Shown one piece after another: positions 12,841-26,729 of a stretch of 64,000 bases of DNA; position 1 is the first letter of the stretch; the number at the start of each line of letters is the position of its first letter. Under the pieces are notes generated by a model. The model searched no databases. It had not been told where the DNA came from and was given only the letters and a program-made list of their open reading frames with translations. Position numbers and translations under genes: made by a program. The DNA is from the human T2T-CHM13v2.0 reference genome, Homo sapiens: the NCBI RefSeq assembly GCF_009914755.1, contig NC_060935.1; one strand, 5' to 3'.

Positions 12841-12903
12841 TTTGTATTCATTTTTTTTTCTCTGATATTCTATGCCATTTTTTTCCCCTCTTGACTTTTA
12901 TAG

Positions 12904-13022
12904 GTATCCTTACACCAAGCGATGAGTTCCAGTTTTGGATAGAACAAGCTCACCGTGGAAATAAACAGATTAGTAAAGAAAGAGCCAATTATTTTAAAGA
13001 ATTATTTGAAACAATTGCAAGA
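12904..13022 (+). CDS. DYNC2H1: Exon 4 (119 nt), GILTP...ETIAR
   Basis: tatag|GTATC ... AGA|gtatgt. Confidence 0.95.
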
Positions 13023-13241
13023 GTATGTGATTCATAAATGGTGATATATTGGGCTTCTTATAAAAGTACTTTGGGATTCAATTTTTACAGCCTCTCTTCT
13101 GTTTTAAAATGTACTTGATGATTGTGAACAAAATAGATTCTTTATATGGAGAAAACTTTAAGTTGTATATGTAAAATGAATTGAGAAATCCAAAACTTAA
13201 ATTCTAATCTCTATAAAATATTTTTCTCAAAAACAAAATTA

Positions 13242-13546
<305 letters not shown>

Positions 13547-14296
13547 TTACTTTTCTGCAGGTATATAGTGAAAAACAAATATAACAGGTTTATCCATGCA
13601 CAGGTAATACGTTCTTTTGAATGGGTATTCACTTTGTTCAAATTAGCATTTTGAAGTAATCTGAAATACTAAAAGTTTTAGTTTTATGCTTATTTAACTG
13701 ATTATTCCTTTATGTGTCTACATTGAAATTGAGTGACCATTTTAAGTATGAACATAAAAAGTCTACTCTTTTCAAAACAAATATATATTAATTTTCTACT
13801 CATTTCCACTATTATTTCAATAATATTTTAATAGACTGTTTTAAATGGTTTTAAGCTTTTTTTGGTAACAATGATGAAATATAGCATGACAAATCTGGAC
13901 TGTGGTTGTGTTATTCTTAAACATAATATTATGAATTAATAATGAATGAATAAAGACATGCGAACTACAGTGGGTAGTGTATATGTGGAGTTGAGATAAC
14001 CTTTAATGGGTAAATTTTAAAAAATCAAAATTTAAAGAAAATTAGGCCAATTGTGTAAATGAATGAGTAGACTTTTTACAATTTTTATATATTCTTTCTT
14101 TTCATGACATTGATGTTTGGGGGGAAATTATAGGGTATTTGCATATGGAAGTAGTTATAAGCTGTTAGAAAAAGGAGGAGAAAATAATATGGCAAATATT
14201 AGAGTTGTGGCAGTTGAAAAGGCCTGGGAACATTTTGATTATATTACCCAAGGTACAAATATAATTATGTTTAAAAATTAATGCATTTTTTTCTAG

Positions 14297-14441
14297 GAGT
14301 TTTATAACTTGGACAGTCTATCCTTACTAGAAGTTGTTGACTTGGTGGAGACTACTCAGGATGTTGTAGATGATGTGTGGAGACAAACAGAACATGATCA
14401 TTATCCTGAGTCACGAATGTTGCATCTCTTAGACATCATAG
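14297..14441 (+). CDS. DYNC2H1: Exon 5 (145 nt), EFYNL...LDII
   Basis: ttctag|GAG ... ATAG|gtacta. Confidence 0.96.
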
Positions 14442-14932
14442 GTACTAGTAAAAAAATGAACTTTTGGAATTTTGAAAACCTGTCTTATTTTGTTATCTTT
14501 TTATCCTTTAAGTCCTTACTTAAAATGCTCCTTTATGTAATACTGTAACTCTTAAAGCAAATCATGTAGCATTATTTAAATAGATATTTGTATATAGTTG
14601 GGTGGTATAAATCATATGTGTCAAATTCTTTGAACCATTGATATAACCAAATTTACATAGATTTTTAGTATTTATATATATATTTAGGCTATTTTGAAAT
14701 AAACTGAAAAATTATTTAAAATATATAGGCTTATTTGTTAATATTAAATTTTTTGACCTAGAAAATACCCTTGTCATTATTTTATAAGGAAATGTCAGAT
14801 AAGTACATAAGGTTATATGTACAAATATATTTATTGCAGCATTGTTTGTGATGAGCAGAAGTAAATAGCAATTAGGGATTGTTTACATAATGCAGTATCC
14901 ATACAGTAGGCTCTGCAGCCTTGAGGAAATTG

Positions 14933-15013
14933 TATATATATATATATATTTAATATATGTATATATATATTTAATATATATATTTTATATATATATATTT
15001 TTTAATATATATA
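14933..15013. repeat. Imperfect (TA)n tract next to the L1 stub tail
   Basis: Read directly. Confidence 0.9.
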
Positions 15014-15101
15014 TTTTTATTATACTTTAAGTTCTAGGGTACATGTGCACAACGTGCAGGTTTGTTACATATGTATACATGTGCCACGTTGGTGTGCTGC
15101 A
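15014..15101 (-). mobile_element. Very short 5'-truncated L1PA 3' end (~88 bp)
   Basis: TTATACTTTAAGTTCTAGGGTACATGTGCACAACGTGCAGG...GTGCTGCA is the reverse complement of the L1PA terminus. Confidence 0.9.
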
Positions 15102-15357
15102 TATGTATTTCTATACTTAAAAGGTGTAATGGTATATTGAAAATTGAAAGATGCAAAAATGCAAAGCAATATGTATGTGTGATTTTAAAAATATTTGTTA
15201 CTGAGAGTGGTAGTCTAAGGACATGCATGTGGTATTTCATAGATCCTTAGTTGGCTAATTTGTATATTTTAAAAATATTGTCATAAGCATGTATTTTATA
15301 ATTTTTCTATAAAAATACATTTATTTCCCTTAAACTCTTTGCTTTATGTTTTATTAG

Positions 15358-15590
15358 GTGGTTCATTTGGAAGGTTTGTTCAGAAAAAGTTGGGAACTTT
15401 GAACCTGTGGGAAGATCCTTATTATCTTGTGAAAGAAAGTCTGAAAGCTGGTATTTCAATTTGTGAACAGTGGGTGATAGTCTGTAATCATCTAACAGGT
15501 CAGGTGTGGCAGCGCTATGTTCCTCATCCATGGAAAAATGAAAAATATTTTCCAGAAACACTTGACAAACTTGGCAAACGCCTTGAAGAG
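15358..15590 (+). CDS. DYNC2H1: Exon 6 (233 nt), GGSFG...KRLEE
   Basis: attag|GTG ... GAG|gtatca. Confidence 0.96.
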
Positions 15591-16109
15591 GTATCAATTT
15601 GATTATCTAGATCTTTGTCTTTAAATGTAAAGTGTATCTTCACTTGTTTGTAAATGTATTTTATAATCAATAAGCACTATACATCTGCTGGAAATTAGTT
15701 TTGTGAGAGAATAGGAATTAAAGTTCTTGTTGGGCCAGTTTCTACATCCTTTCTTTTTATTTTGTGTGAGACTGGTCAACTTGATAGTTGTGAGCTTATA
15801 TTTTGTTTTTTATTGTAAAAAGATAATCAGCCCACTTGACCATGTATGGAAGCTTTCAGGGGGTCTTTTGGCTATTGCAATTGTTTTTAAGTTGGGACAA
15901 CTTTTTAAGTGGTATTCAGTGGAAATATTTGAAACAATTGCTTAATTTACACAAGTTATGAGTTTCAGTAAAGAACATATATTCAGCTTACAGGGACAGG
16001 CAAAATGAGATTACTTAAAGATTGCAAAACTGACCATTCCTGCCTTGCTTAGAAGAACTATAGTTCTTTATTAGAGACTTTTTTAAAAAAAAAAACAAAA
16101 CTTTTTTAA

Positions 16110-17660
16110 AAAATGAAATATTTCAAACATATTAAAAAGTAAAATAGTATAATGAATGTCCACGTATCCACCATTCAATTTTAATAGTCATTGACATTTT
16201 TCAATTCTTTTCTCATCTTTGTCTTCCCTGCCTTTCTCTTAACCTTTTTTTTTAAATGGAATATTTATAAAGCAGAGATATTGTATACTTCCACCCTTAA
16301 AACATAACCACAATGCCATTATCACAGCCAACAAAATGACGATAATTCCTTAATATCATTTTATGTCTAGCCAGCATGTATTTATCCTGATTTTCTCAGA
16401 AATTTGTAAATAGTTGGTTTACTTGAATGAGGTTGCAGACAAGGTGCACCCATTGTATTTGGTTGATAGGTCTCCTGAAACATTTTTAATTTAAAAGTTT
16501 CCCCTTTTTTTATGCCATATGGCATTTCTCACCTTGCTATATCAGGACGTATGTGGTATTAGGTTTTCCCATTTTTAGTGCTGTTAAGTTTAATCTGTGA
16601 GGGTTCAGGTATGATCAGTCTGATGAATTTATTATAATGCTCTCCAACTTTTAAAAAATGCTTTTAGCAGTCATTAATCATGAAGAGTTACAAAATGGTG
16701 ATTTTCTAATTCTGGTGTTTTTTCTGCTTTTATTAGTCATGACTTTTCTATAAGAAGAATTTTTTCTTCAACTTTTTGTTACTTTGAAATATAGTTTGCA
16801 TAGAAACGGCAGTATAGATAATTGCTTATTTCTTTTTATCACTTTAGAACAATGAACATTAAGTAGATTAGTGTCATAGTAAGTTCCATTGGCAACCAAT
16901 GAAATGTTTTTTGATAGTGTCATTATGAACCCATAAATTTTTGTATTTTATGTGTTTCAGTCCATTTTAGTTATTATTATTATTATACTCAATTTGTTCA
17001 GTTTTTGGGCAGAGAGTGCCCCTTCAAGTTGCCTCCTATGCCATTTTGACATGACTTCAGTGTTTCTTTCTTTCCTTTTTTTTTGAGATGGAATCTCGAT
17101 ATGTTGCCCAGGTTAGAGTACAGTGAGGTGATCTTGGCTCACTGCAACCTCTGCCTCCCAGGATCAAGCAGTTCTCCTGCTTCAGCCTCCTGAGTAGCTG
17201 GGACTACAGGTGCACGCCACCACACCTGGCTAATTTTTGTATTTTTAGTAGAGATGGAGTTTCGCCATGTTGGCCAGGCTGGTCTTGAACTCCTGACCTC
17301 AGGTCATCCGCCCACCTCGGCCTCTCAAAGTGCTGTGATTACAGGCGTGAGCCACTGCACCTGGCCAACTTCAGTATTTCTTTGATAGCTTTCAAGCCCC
17401 CAAAAATGTTCCAGCCCAGCCCATGTTGTACATTTTATGTCTCATACCTAGAATTAGTAATTTTTTTCAAGGAGCCTCATTCTTTTTGGGGGCTATTTAT
17501 CAACAGTCTGTAGGGGAAGTGCTGTTACTTAGTTATCAATGCTGTTAGGCATTCTCAGTAGACAGAACTGCTAACAGGTAAATTTTTAGCAAGAGAAAAA
17601 TAAATCATGAGTTTATACTGAGATTTACAACTCAAATAGAAGGAATTGTTTTCACTTAAC
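16110..17660 (-). mobile_element. Old L1M 3' region interrupted by an Alu
   Basis: GAAATATTTCAAACATA..AGTATAATGAA..CATAACCACAATGCCATTATCACA. Confidence 0.6.
17070..17366 (-). mobile_element. AluS
   Basis: Full dimer; TSD ACTTCAGT(G/A)TTTCTTT. Confidence 0.95.
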
Positions 17661-18173
17661 TTTTTTGATTACCTTTTGATTGTTGGTGGAAATTTTTAGC
17701 TCAAAATACAATATGTGTTTCCCAGCTGTTTGTAAATAATAAAAAATAGGGCTGTTAACATGTCATTTCATTATTAGAAGTGCAATTTAATGCAGAATAA
17801 TGAAAATCAGAAGTTATTACTATATTAAGGGTAGGCTCTAAAAATTTACTTAAATGAGCTCTAAATATAGTTTAAACAGTTTTTTAAACTGTGTTAAACT
17901 TTAAACATAGTTTAAAAATGTTTAGGTCTTATATATTCACTAGATTTGAGCACACTTATTAATGTTAGTGTGAAGAAACAGTTATGTTTTTGAGCATCAC
18001 TTTGTTGTTGTCACGTGGCAATTCTCTGGACTAGAGTTTCAGTTTTATTGGTTTTTTCTTTTTTTAGTAAACCTAATTTAAAGAAATTCTTGCCCAATAT
18101 ATCTAGATTTTAGACCTATTTATGCAAATGGTTGGATTTAAATAAATTCTGTTGTTTTAATACTTCATTTTAG

Positions 18174-18308
18174 GTCTTGGCTATTAGAACAATTCATGAG
18201 AAGTTTCTCTATTTTCTACCTGCCAGTGAAGAGAAAATCATATGCCTCACTCGAGTATTTGAACCTTTTACTGGCCTGAATCCTGTGCAATATAATCCAT
18301 ATACTGAG
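18174..18308 (+). CDS. DYNC2H1: Exon 7 (135 nt), VLAIR...NPYTE
   Basis: tttag|GTC ... GAG|gttgta. Confidence 0.95.
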
Positions 18309-18415
18309 GTTGTATATATATTTGTTTATGTCTGTACAGTTTCCTGTTTATGTTGTTCTTTTTAAAGACAGATTTAAAAAATACTAAAGTCTAACAATGT
18401 TGTTAATGTATGTAG

Positions 18416-18529
18416 CCCTTGTGGAAAGCTGCGGTGTCTCAATATGAAAAGATTATTGCACCTGCGGAACAAAAAATAGCAGGAAAATTGAAAAATTATA
18501 TTTCAGAAATTCAAGACAGTCCACAGCAG
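18416..18529 (+). CDS. DYNC2H1: Exon 8 (114 nt), PLWKA...DSPQQ
   Basis: tgtag|CCC ... CAG|gtaaaa. Confidence 0.95.
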
Positions 18530-18651
18530 GTAAAACATTGAGATATTTCACTTTTAATATTTCTCTTAAGCTAATATATATATAAAAATATATATATATT
18601 TACTGAGTTGATCCGTTGGGATGAACATGTACTTATTTTATTTTATATTAG

Positions 18652-18763
18652 CTTCTTCAAGCATTCCTGAAATATAAAGAGTTGGTAAAGCGTCCAACTA
18701 TAAGCAAAGAATTGATGTTAGAAAGAGAAACTTTACTGGCAAGACTTGTGGACTCAATTAAAG
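18652..18763 (+). CDS. DYNC2H1: Exon 9 (112 nt), LLQAF...VDSIK
   Basis: attag|CTT ... AAAG|gtaaaa. Confidence 0.95.
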
Positions 18764-19098
18764 GTAAAAGTTTATGAGATTATAGTGTTTGCTTGAGAGA
18801 ATATTTTTGTATATTACTTTTTTCTTCGTTGCATACCATTTAGGATTAAAGATACATTTTTCTGACATTTTCATGCTGAAGATTAATTTACTTATTCTGT
18901 TATAAATGACAGATTTTTTTGCATTAACAAGTTATTATAATTCGCTGTTTCATTTGATACATGGTACAGTCCTTGGGGATAAGGACCAACTCATTATTTT
19001 TCTTTCTACAGCATCTGACATAGTGCTTGGTACGTGGAAGTTATTTAGGAAATCTTTGCTAATTCTTTGTAATCATTTATTTGATTTAAATTTTATAG

Positions 19099-19223
19099 AT
19101 TTTCGATTAGACTTTGAGAATCGGTGCCGAGGAATTCCTGGTGATGCATCTGGACCACTTTCTGGCAAAAATCTTTCAGAAGTTGTCAACAGTATAGTTT
19201 GGGTTCGCCAGTTGGAATTGAAG
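19099..19223 (+). CDS. DYNC2H1: Exon 10 (125 nt), DFRLD...QLELK
   Basis: tatag|ATT ... AAG|gtattt. Confidence 0.96.
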
Positions 19224-19520
19224 GTATTTATTTTAATAAAAGATGAAGAGTACTAATTATAAAATCTGCTAAATTAAGGCATGTAGAAGGTACTCTAGAG
19301 CTGTAGTAAATATATTCTCTGTTTTCCTTGGCATGTCTGTCTAATTTTCATACAAAATGCAGAACACTGAAAAAGTATGCAGAGGAGTCGTAATGGTTCT
19401 ATTCCTTCTTTCTGTAGAGATAATGCATCATTTATTCCAATTGCAGTTGTTCCAAAGAAATACCTGTATTCAGGAGGAAAACATCCTTTATGCTGAGTAA
19501 AAAAAAGAAAAATTATTGTT

Positions 19521-19687
19521 TACAAAAATGAGCTGGACATGGTGCTGCACATCTGTAGTCCCAGCTACTCAGGAGGCTGAGGTGGGAGGATCACCTGAAC
19601 CTGGGATATTGAGGCTGCAGTGAGCCATAATTGTGCCACAGTGCTCCATGGTGGACGACAGAAAGAGATGCTATCTCAAAAAAAAAA
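19521..19687 (+). mobile_element. AluJ right arm (5'-truncated)
   Basis: TACAAAAAT linker, right monomer and A tail. Confidence 0.85.
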
Positions 19688-20551
19688 TATTGTAAAATTT
19701 TAGTAGTTGCAAAGTCTTACCTGCAAGTATGTTTATGTAACTAAATCACTTTAGGTTGGAAGGAAGTTAAAGGAAAGGTAAAAGGTAATTATGGCATGGT
19801 CTAAGGTAGTGAGAACAATTTATAGATGTAAACGACTATTATTTTAATATTATTAAAATTGACCTAAGACTCTTATGGACTTACTAACTGGTATGTGGTT
19901 CAGTGTCTTGCATTAGACTTGTACAATAAATGTTAATTGATTATAGTCTGTGAGTAAGAGCAAGACCTCATGGAATATTACAAAAGCCAGCATGTTCGAC
20001 ATTTCTGCTTATTCAGGTTTGTATTTTTGATGTTTTATTTTCTGATATATTCTGCCTAATGTTTCTGTCAGTCAGTTTTCCAGGGTGCTCTAATGTTCTC
20101 TGTACAGTTGTGGAGGAAAGGCATTTATGTCTCTTAATTGACATTCCCTTTGGCCTAATTACTATTTGTGCTTTTAATCGGAGCATGTTGCTAAGGGCCG
20201 AAATTATTACTGAACATGTTTAGCAGTAATGCTGAAGTTCTCAGAGTTTCCTCTGAAAATCACTGGGGCACAGATATTTTGAGGGCTGACTTTCCCTTTA
20301 CCCTCCATTTTATTCTTGGAGTTATGCCTTGTATGGGTTATCCTCTTGCGTTTGCTCTTCTGCGGCTGTATAATTCAGAAGCAAAGTAGGGGTTGATATT
20401 TTTATATTCTTTGGTGAATCTTCCGTTTCACTGTTTATAGATGAAAGGTAAAATAATTTCTGAATCACAGATCAGAGAAGGGGACTCCTTACTTTATGCT
20501 AATTTTTTTGGAATTTAAATAATGCACATGTCTGTAATTTGGCTTTTTAAG

Positions 20552-20727
20552 GTAGATGATACTATCAAGATTGCAGAGGCTCTTTTATCTGACTTGCCAG
20601 GATTTCGATGTTTCCATCAAAGTGCCAAAGATCTCTTAGACCAGCTTAAACTATATGAACAGGAACAATTTGATGATTGGTCCAGGGATATTCAATCAGG
20701 TTTATCTGATTCCAGATCTGGTTTGTG
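20552..20727 (+). CDS. DYNC2H1: Exon 11 (176 nt), VDDTI...RSGL
   Basis: ttaag|GTA ... TTGTG|gtaagt. Confidence 0.95.
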
Positions 20728-21888
20728 GTAAGTATAGATATATTAAACTGTAAAATCCAAAACCATATGTTATTAATCCAAATACCCAGAGGGAATTAAT
20801 TATCTTTTTCCTTTCTCCAAACTTGCTACTCCTCCTGTAATTTTTTTTTGTTGTTTGTTTTTGATCATCAACTTTTAATTCATTAAGGCTGGAAACTTTG
20901 ATGATTTAGTTAACTGCTTCCCTCTTGTTTCTCTTGTCTGTTCCCCAGAATTATGGATTCCCATTTTAGGATTAGTCTTTCCCCATGTTTTTTTATTATT
21001 GGTATTTATATGTTTTTCTACCTGTTTACATTAATATTATATGCACACACACACATACACTTTAAACAATGTTGTGGTTTTGTAAAATTGTATTATTTTT
21101 AAACTCCTTGAGACAGAGTATTTCTTCATGGTGCCCCACGTAATATGGCTTTGGTAAATATTTATTGAGCTATATTGAATGTATTAATGAGTTAACCTTA
21201 TTAATTCTAATGGGAATTTAAATCTGGAATTCTGGCTCTGGAGGAAAAATAGAGGAAACTGAACGGTGTTAGGGCATAGTGATTATAATTTTATGCCATT
21301 TAGCTCTTTTTCCTTCTACTTTGAGCCTAAAACATGAGAGATACTCCAGGCAAGAAAAACAAAAAACAAAAAAAACCAGTGCTTTAGTCAACTAATTTTG
21401 GAAAATTTGCATACTTTATCATTAGAGCTTCAGTGGAGGTTCACTAGCATGGTAGCATACCAACGGTCTGAGATCTGCTGTTAGTAAGTTTGTTTAACTT
21501 TGTTCCTTCCACACAGCGTTTCTCATTAGGCTTTGAAACCCCCTCCTCCTGCCCTTTTTTTTTTAGACCCATTTTTTGTCCCATAGAATCATCAGTGTGT
21601 TTTTGGACATATTTTGGGAAATGCTGGTATATACAAACTAAATTTGAAGATCAATCCTGAATAAAGGCAAAAAGAGTCACCATAATAGTTTACTGACATG
21701 ATTTATTTGTATATAGGAAAATTTGGGCTAAATCATCATTTTAAGCCATTTTAAAGTGTTCTACTTTTTATTATATTTTGTTTTATATGCTATTAAATAA
21801 GCTGAATACTTTTGTTCTTTGCTTTTCAGTAAGTTACCTTCTAATACCTGCAATTTTTCTTAATTGTGAGGGTGATTTGAAATAATGA

Positions 21889-22193
21889 GGCTGGGTGTGG
21901 TGGCTTATGCCTGTAATCCCAGTACTTTGGGAGGCCAAGGTGGGAGAGGATCACTTGAACCCAGGAGTTTGAGACCAGCCTGAGCAACATGGCGAAATCC
22001 TGTCTCTACAAAAGACAAAAAAATTAGCCGAACATGGTGGCTTGCCTGTTGTCCCAGTTACTCAGGAGACTGAGATGGGAGGAATCCTTGAGCTCAGGGA
22101 GGTCAAGGCTGTAGTGAGCCATGATCGCTGTACTGCACTCCAGCCTGGGTGTTGGAGCAATACCCTGTCTCAAAAAAAAAAAAAAAAAAAAAA
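21889..22193 (+). mobile_element. AluJ
   Basis: Full dimer with J-type positions and a long A tail. Confidence 0.93.
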
Positions 22194-22824
22194 GCAGCAT
22201 TATATAAACCTAATCCTAAAGGAAGGTGATGAAAGCATAATACCTGTTGCTGAATTTAGTTCAAGCATTTTTACAATCCATTCTGATTTGAGTTCCCCAA
22301 AGTAATATTTGCTATTATAGCCTTTACAAGAAACACAAAAAAGGACAATTATTAGGTAGTGAAACAAAGGGTAGAAGAATGAAACGTTTTAATATCTCTA
22401 CTCCTACCATTTTGATATTCCTTATTATTGATGTTTTAATAAAAGTACTAAAGAAGCAAGTACACTGATTTTTTTAAAAATCAAAGATACCTTTAGAAAA
22501 TGAATCAAAATTTTTTCTTTATGGTGGATGTGATGTCAATTTTGAGTTTTAGCTGAAAGTTAAGAGATTGATTTTTCTTACTTTAAAACTGCTTGGTTGA
22601 AATATTAATGTGATGATCTATTTTGGATATTGCAGTTTGTTTCCAAAATCTGAATTGTGAAATAATATATGGAAAAAACCCACAACTTAAAAGCTATAAT
22701 TAAAAAGTTTTTTTTTACTTTGAGCTAATATTAGATGTACAGAAAAGTTGTAAAAACCTATTGTGTTTATTAGTCAAAACAGTGAGAACATGAAACTTAA
22801 CAGGTTATTTATTTTGTTTTATAG

Positions 22825-23020
22825 TATTGAGGCTAGTAGTCGAATTATGGAATTGGATTCTAATGATGGATTACTAAAAGTGCATTATTCAGATCGTTTG
22901 GTGATTCTTCTGAGAGAAGTTCGTCAGCTCTCTGCACTTGGCTTTGTTATTCCTGCCAAAATACAGCAAGTTGCAAACATTGCACAGAAATTCTGCAAGC
23001 AAGCAATTATTCTTAAACAA
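22825..23020 (+). CDS. DYNC2H1: Exon 12 (196 nt), IEASS...IILKQ
   Basis: tatag|TAT ... CAA|gtatga. Confidence 0.95.
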
Positions 23021-23942
23021 GTATGAAATTACATTTTTTGAATACCTGCCTATTTGGAGTTCATTACGTTAAACTAGAATATGCTAAAGGCTTTTTTTTT
23101 TTTTTTTTTTAGGCTCATAGAATAGCACTGCCAGCTGTGAAATTATGTTTTACTAAATGAGTCCATTACAAAATTTGCTTTGTAACCTATAAGGAATTTA
23201 TTAAATTATTATTGTTTATTGCTTTTCACTCTAAAAAGCATTTAGAAAATAGTATGTTATTCTTCCTTCTTTTGTTTCATGTTACTTGCATGGGTTTTAA
23301 AGGGCCTTCTAATTAAGGAGTCCTCTGCCTGCCTTCTAGGAGCAGAGTCATAAAGAATTATCAGGTTGATGAATGGTTTCTGTTTCTAGTCATTTTCTCA
23401 GTCTACCTATGGGCACATTGCCATCATTTCACTTGTCTAAAAATCAACTATTATCAGCTCACAGTCTAGCTCCATAACATGGCATACAAGGCCCTTCTTA
23501 ATCATGACCCAACTAAACTGACTGGTTTTGGCCTTTACTACTTATGTACTTCCCTGTCACACTGTACCCTATGCTTCAGTAATATAAAACTTTGCTTTCA
23601 TCTGAACATGTCTCCATGCATTGAAATCTGTTCTCTGATTGGAAAACTCAGTGTGATTGTTTAATTTCCAATTCACAAGTCACTTTCTCTGTTGTGTCTT
23701 TCTTTAGTTGATTTTTATTCTTTGGGCAGTGTGAAAATCACTGTTATAATACTGCTCATATTGTGTCTTGATTTTTTTCGTTTTTTCTTTGACTTGATTA
23801 TTATATTTTAGATGGCAGGAACAGTATCTTGTATATTTGGTCTTTCATTTATTCTTTTATTCAACAAGGATTCATTGAATATCTACCCTGTCAGGCATAG
23901 CATAGGATATAAAAATGAATACAGTACTATCATAGTCAGGCA

Positions 23943-24149
23943 CAGAATTTCTTAGCCTCTTTACTTTTGATAGTTTGGATCAATTCTTTTTTTAGGGGGC
24001 TGTGCTTTGCTTTGTATGCTTTTTATTGGCATTCCTGTCCTGCACCTAGTATATCCAGTAGCATCTGCTTAGCACTGCCAATCAAAAATATCTCTAGATA
24101 TTGCCAAATGTTCCCTGAGGTATACTCTGCTTTGGTTGAGAATCACTGG
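23943..24149. mobile_element. MER20-like hAT element
   Basis: AAAAATATCTCTAGATATTGCCAAATGTTCCCTG...GGTTGAGAATCACTG. Confidence 0.75.
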
Positions 24150-24318
24150 TCTAGTGGGAGAGAGTAAACTAAACATTGAGTGCTCATTAAATATCAGGCC
24201 TTGTGGTAGATGCTTTCGTTATGTTATTTTTAATTAATTCCCCATTGTACCACTGATCTAACTGAGGATCAGATGTTTAACAAAGTTTTCCCAGTTTCAC
24301 ATAGATAGTAAGTTATGA

Positions 24319-24674
<356 letters not shown>

Positions 24675-25484
24675 TCAAAATAGTGAACAAGTAGATCAAT
24701 ATTTAATGTATTATAAGTACTATATTACAGATGTTCAGGAAGTCTTGTGAAAGCATAGAGGTAGGAAGTTTCAATTCTTTTCCTAGGTAGGGATAGAAGT
24801 AGTAGCAGGTAAGTCTTTTCAGAGGAATGATTGATGTGAGTCTGGAAGAGTGTACATATGTTTTTCTCAAGTACACAGAGGGTTGGGTGATCATTTCAGT
24901 CAGAGCGACTACTTAAAAGCAGAGAGGCTTGCTTACTTTAATATGGTAAGTATTTAGTCTGACACAATAGGAGCTCAAAAAATGAATGGTCATAGGTATT
25001 TGTATTTACCCTGGAAGAACAACTGGGAAAATCTATTTATATATGCCTTTATTTCTGAGCAGAATTTAGCTGGAATAGGGTGTATAAAGCAGAATGTTGG
25101 ATAGATAGCAGTATGGCTAGATTGTAACAGAATATATACTATTGTATTGCTTCTGGTTTTCTTGATTGTACTTTTTCTGGGCCTATTTTTGTGGTACAGA
25201 ATAAGTAGAGTGGGTTTTCCCCACCAAATAAAGTATATTTTTACATGTATTAGTGGAAAGAAGAAGATCTCTATAAAATTAGTTAAGAAATATTTTTAAA
25301 GCATCTACTATGTGCCAAGAATTTTGTGAGGTGCTGGAGACACAAAAATTAAGTTTCCTTAAATGCCTTATACTCAGCCCAGGGTGTCCACTTGATCTTA
25401 TTCCCTGAACCGCTCCTTTTTCCACCAACACAGTTAAGAGTGTCCTCCTTTGTCCAACACTGTTCCTTGTAGGATCTGTATTTG

Positions 25485-26335
25485 TTAATTAATTCAACAA
25501 GCATTTATTGAGTCCTTGCTGTTTGCTTGGCTCTGTTCTTAGAGCTGTCATTCCAGTTGGAGAGACAGATAACAAACACATAAATATATAATGCAGTGTT
25601 AGGCAGTGATAGTGATAAATGCCTTGAAGAAGAATAAAACAGAATAAAGATATTGTGACAAAGACTGCTATTTCATACTGACCGGTCAGGTTAGGTATGC
25701 CTTGATGAAGAGGTAACATTTGAGAAGAGACATGACATAAAGTAGGCAAAAGAACCATGCAAATGTCTAGAGGAAGACTATTCCAGGGAGAGGGAATGGC
25801 AGATGCAGAATTCTAGAAGGAAGCCTCACTTGTTAGGTGAGAATAATAGTAAAAAGGCAAGTTTGGCTCATTCTTTAGTATATTGGGAGACAATTTGAAA
25901 GTTTTTAGGTAATAGTTTTGGGATTTTTGGGTTTTATTCTCAGGTGTATTGGGAAGTCATTAGGTTTTGTGTAGGCAAGAGGTGTGATATATGTTTAAAG
26001 AAGGCCACTCTGGCTGCTTTGAATAGATTATAGGAGGCCATGATTGGAAGCAGAGAGACCAGTTAGGAAATCTGTTGCACTGGCCTTGCCAAGAGAGGAG
26101 AGTGTATGGATTGGGATGCAATTGATGGGGGTTGGGGAAAGTGGTTGGATTCAAGATATATTTTGAGAGTATAGGCAATAGACTTTTGCTGATGTGGAAT
26201 ATGAGAGAAGCATTAAGGATATCTCAAAGAATTTTTGGTCTGAGACATGAATAAATTATTGTAGCATATACTGAAAAAAGAAGGAGCAGATTTGGAGAAG
26301 TGCAGGAATTAAGAATTTAGTTTTTTAGCATTTAA
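25485..26335 (-). mobile_element. L2 fragment
   Basis: ATTCAACAAGCATTTATTGAG...GAAGCAGAGAGACCAGTTAGGA. Confidence 0.7.
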
Positions 26336-26633
26336 CATGCTTCAGTGAGTTCCTTCTTTCCTATGAGATTGTGAACTTCTTGATTCCGGACAACGTTTTC
26401 TAGTCTATGTTTAATCAGACCTCAGGACATGACTTGGCAAATTGTAGGAACTCAACACTTACTTGTTGATTGTGTGTATTAATACATGAACAAATGCCCT
26501 ATTGGAGATGAAAAACCAATTTTCTGTTTAAATTTTAGGATTGAGAAAAGTTAACATTTTCATTCAAACAATTAAAAATAAAAAATTAAAAATGAAGTTA
26601 TTAATTATTACTAATTGGACTTTTACTTTGTAG

Positions 26634-26729
26634 GTGGCACATTTTTATAATTCTATTGATCAACAAATGATTCAAAGTCAGAGGCCAATGATGTTACAAT
26701 CTGCCTTAGCATTTGAACAGATAATTAAG
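26634..26729 (+). CDS. DYNC2H1: Exon 13 (96 nt), VAHFY...EQIIK
   Basis: tgtag|GTG ... AAG|gtaaat. Confidence 0.95.

Noticed and set aside
15326-15335. U12 branch-like TCCCTTAAAC before exon 6
   Set aside because: Imperfect match, and the intron 5 donor (gtacta) is U2-type.
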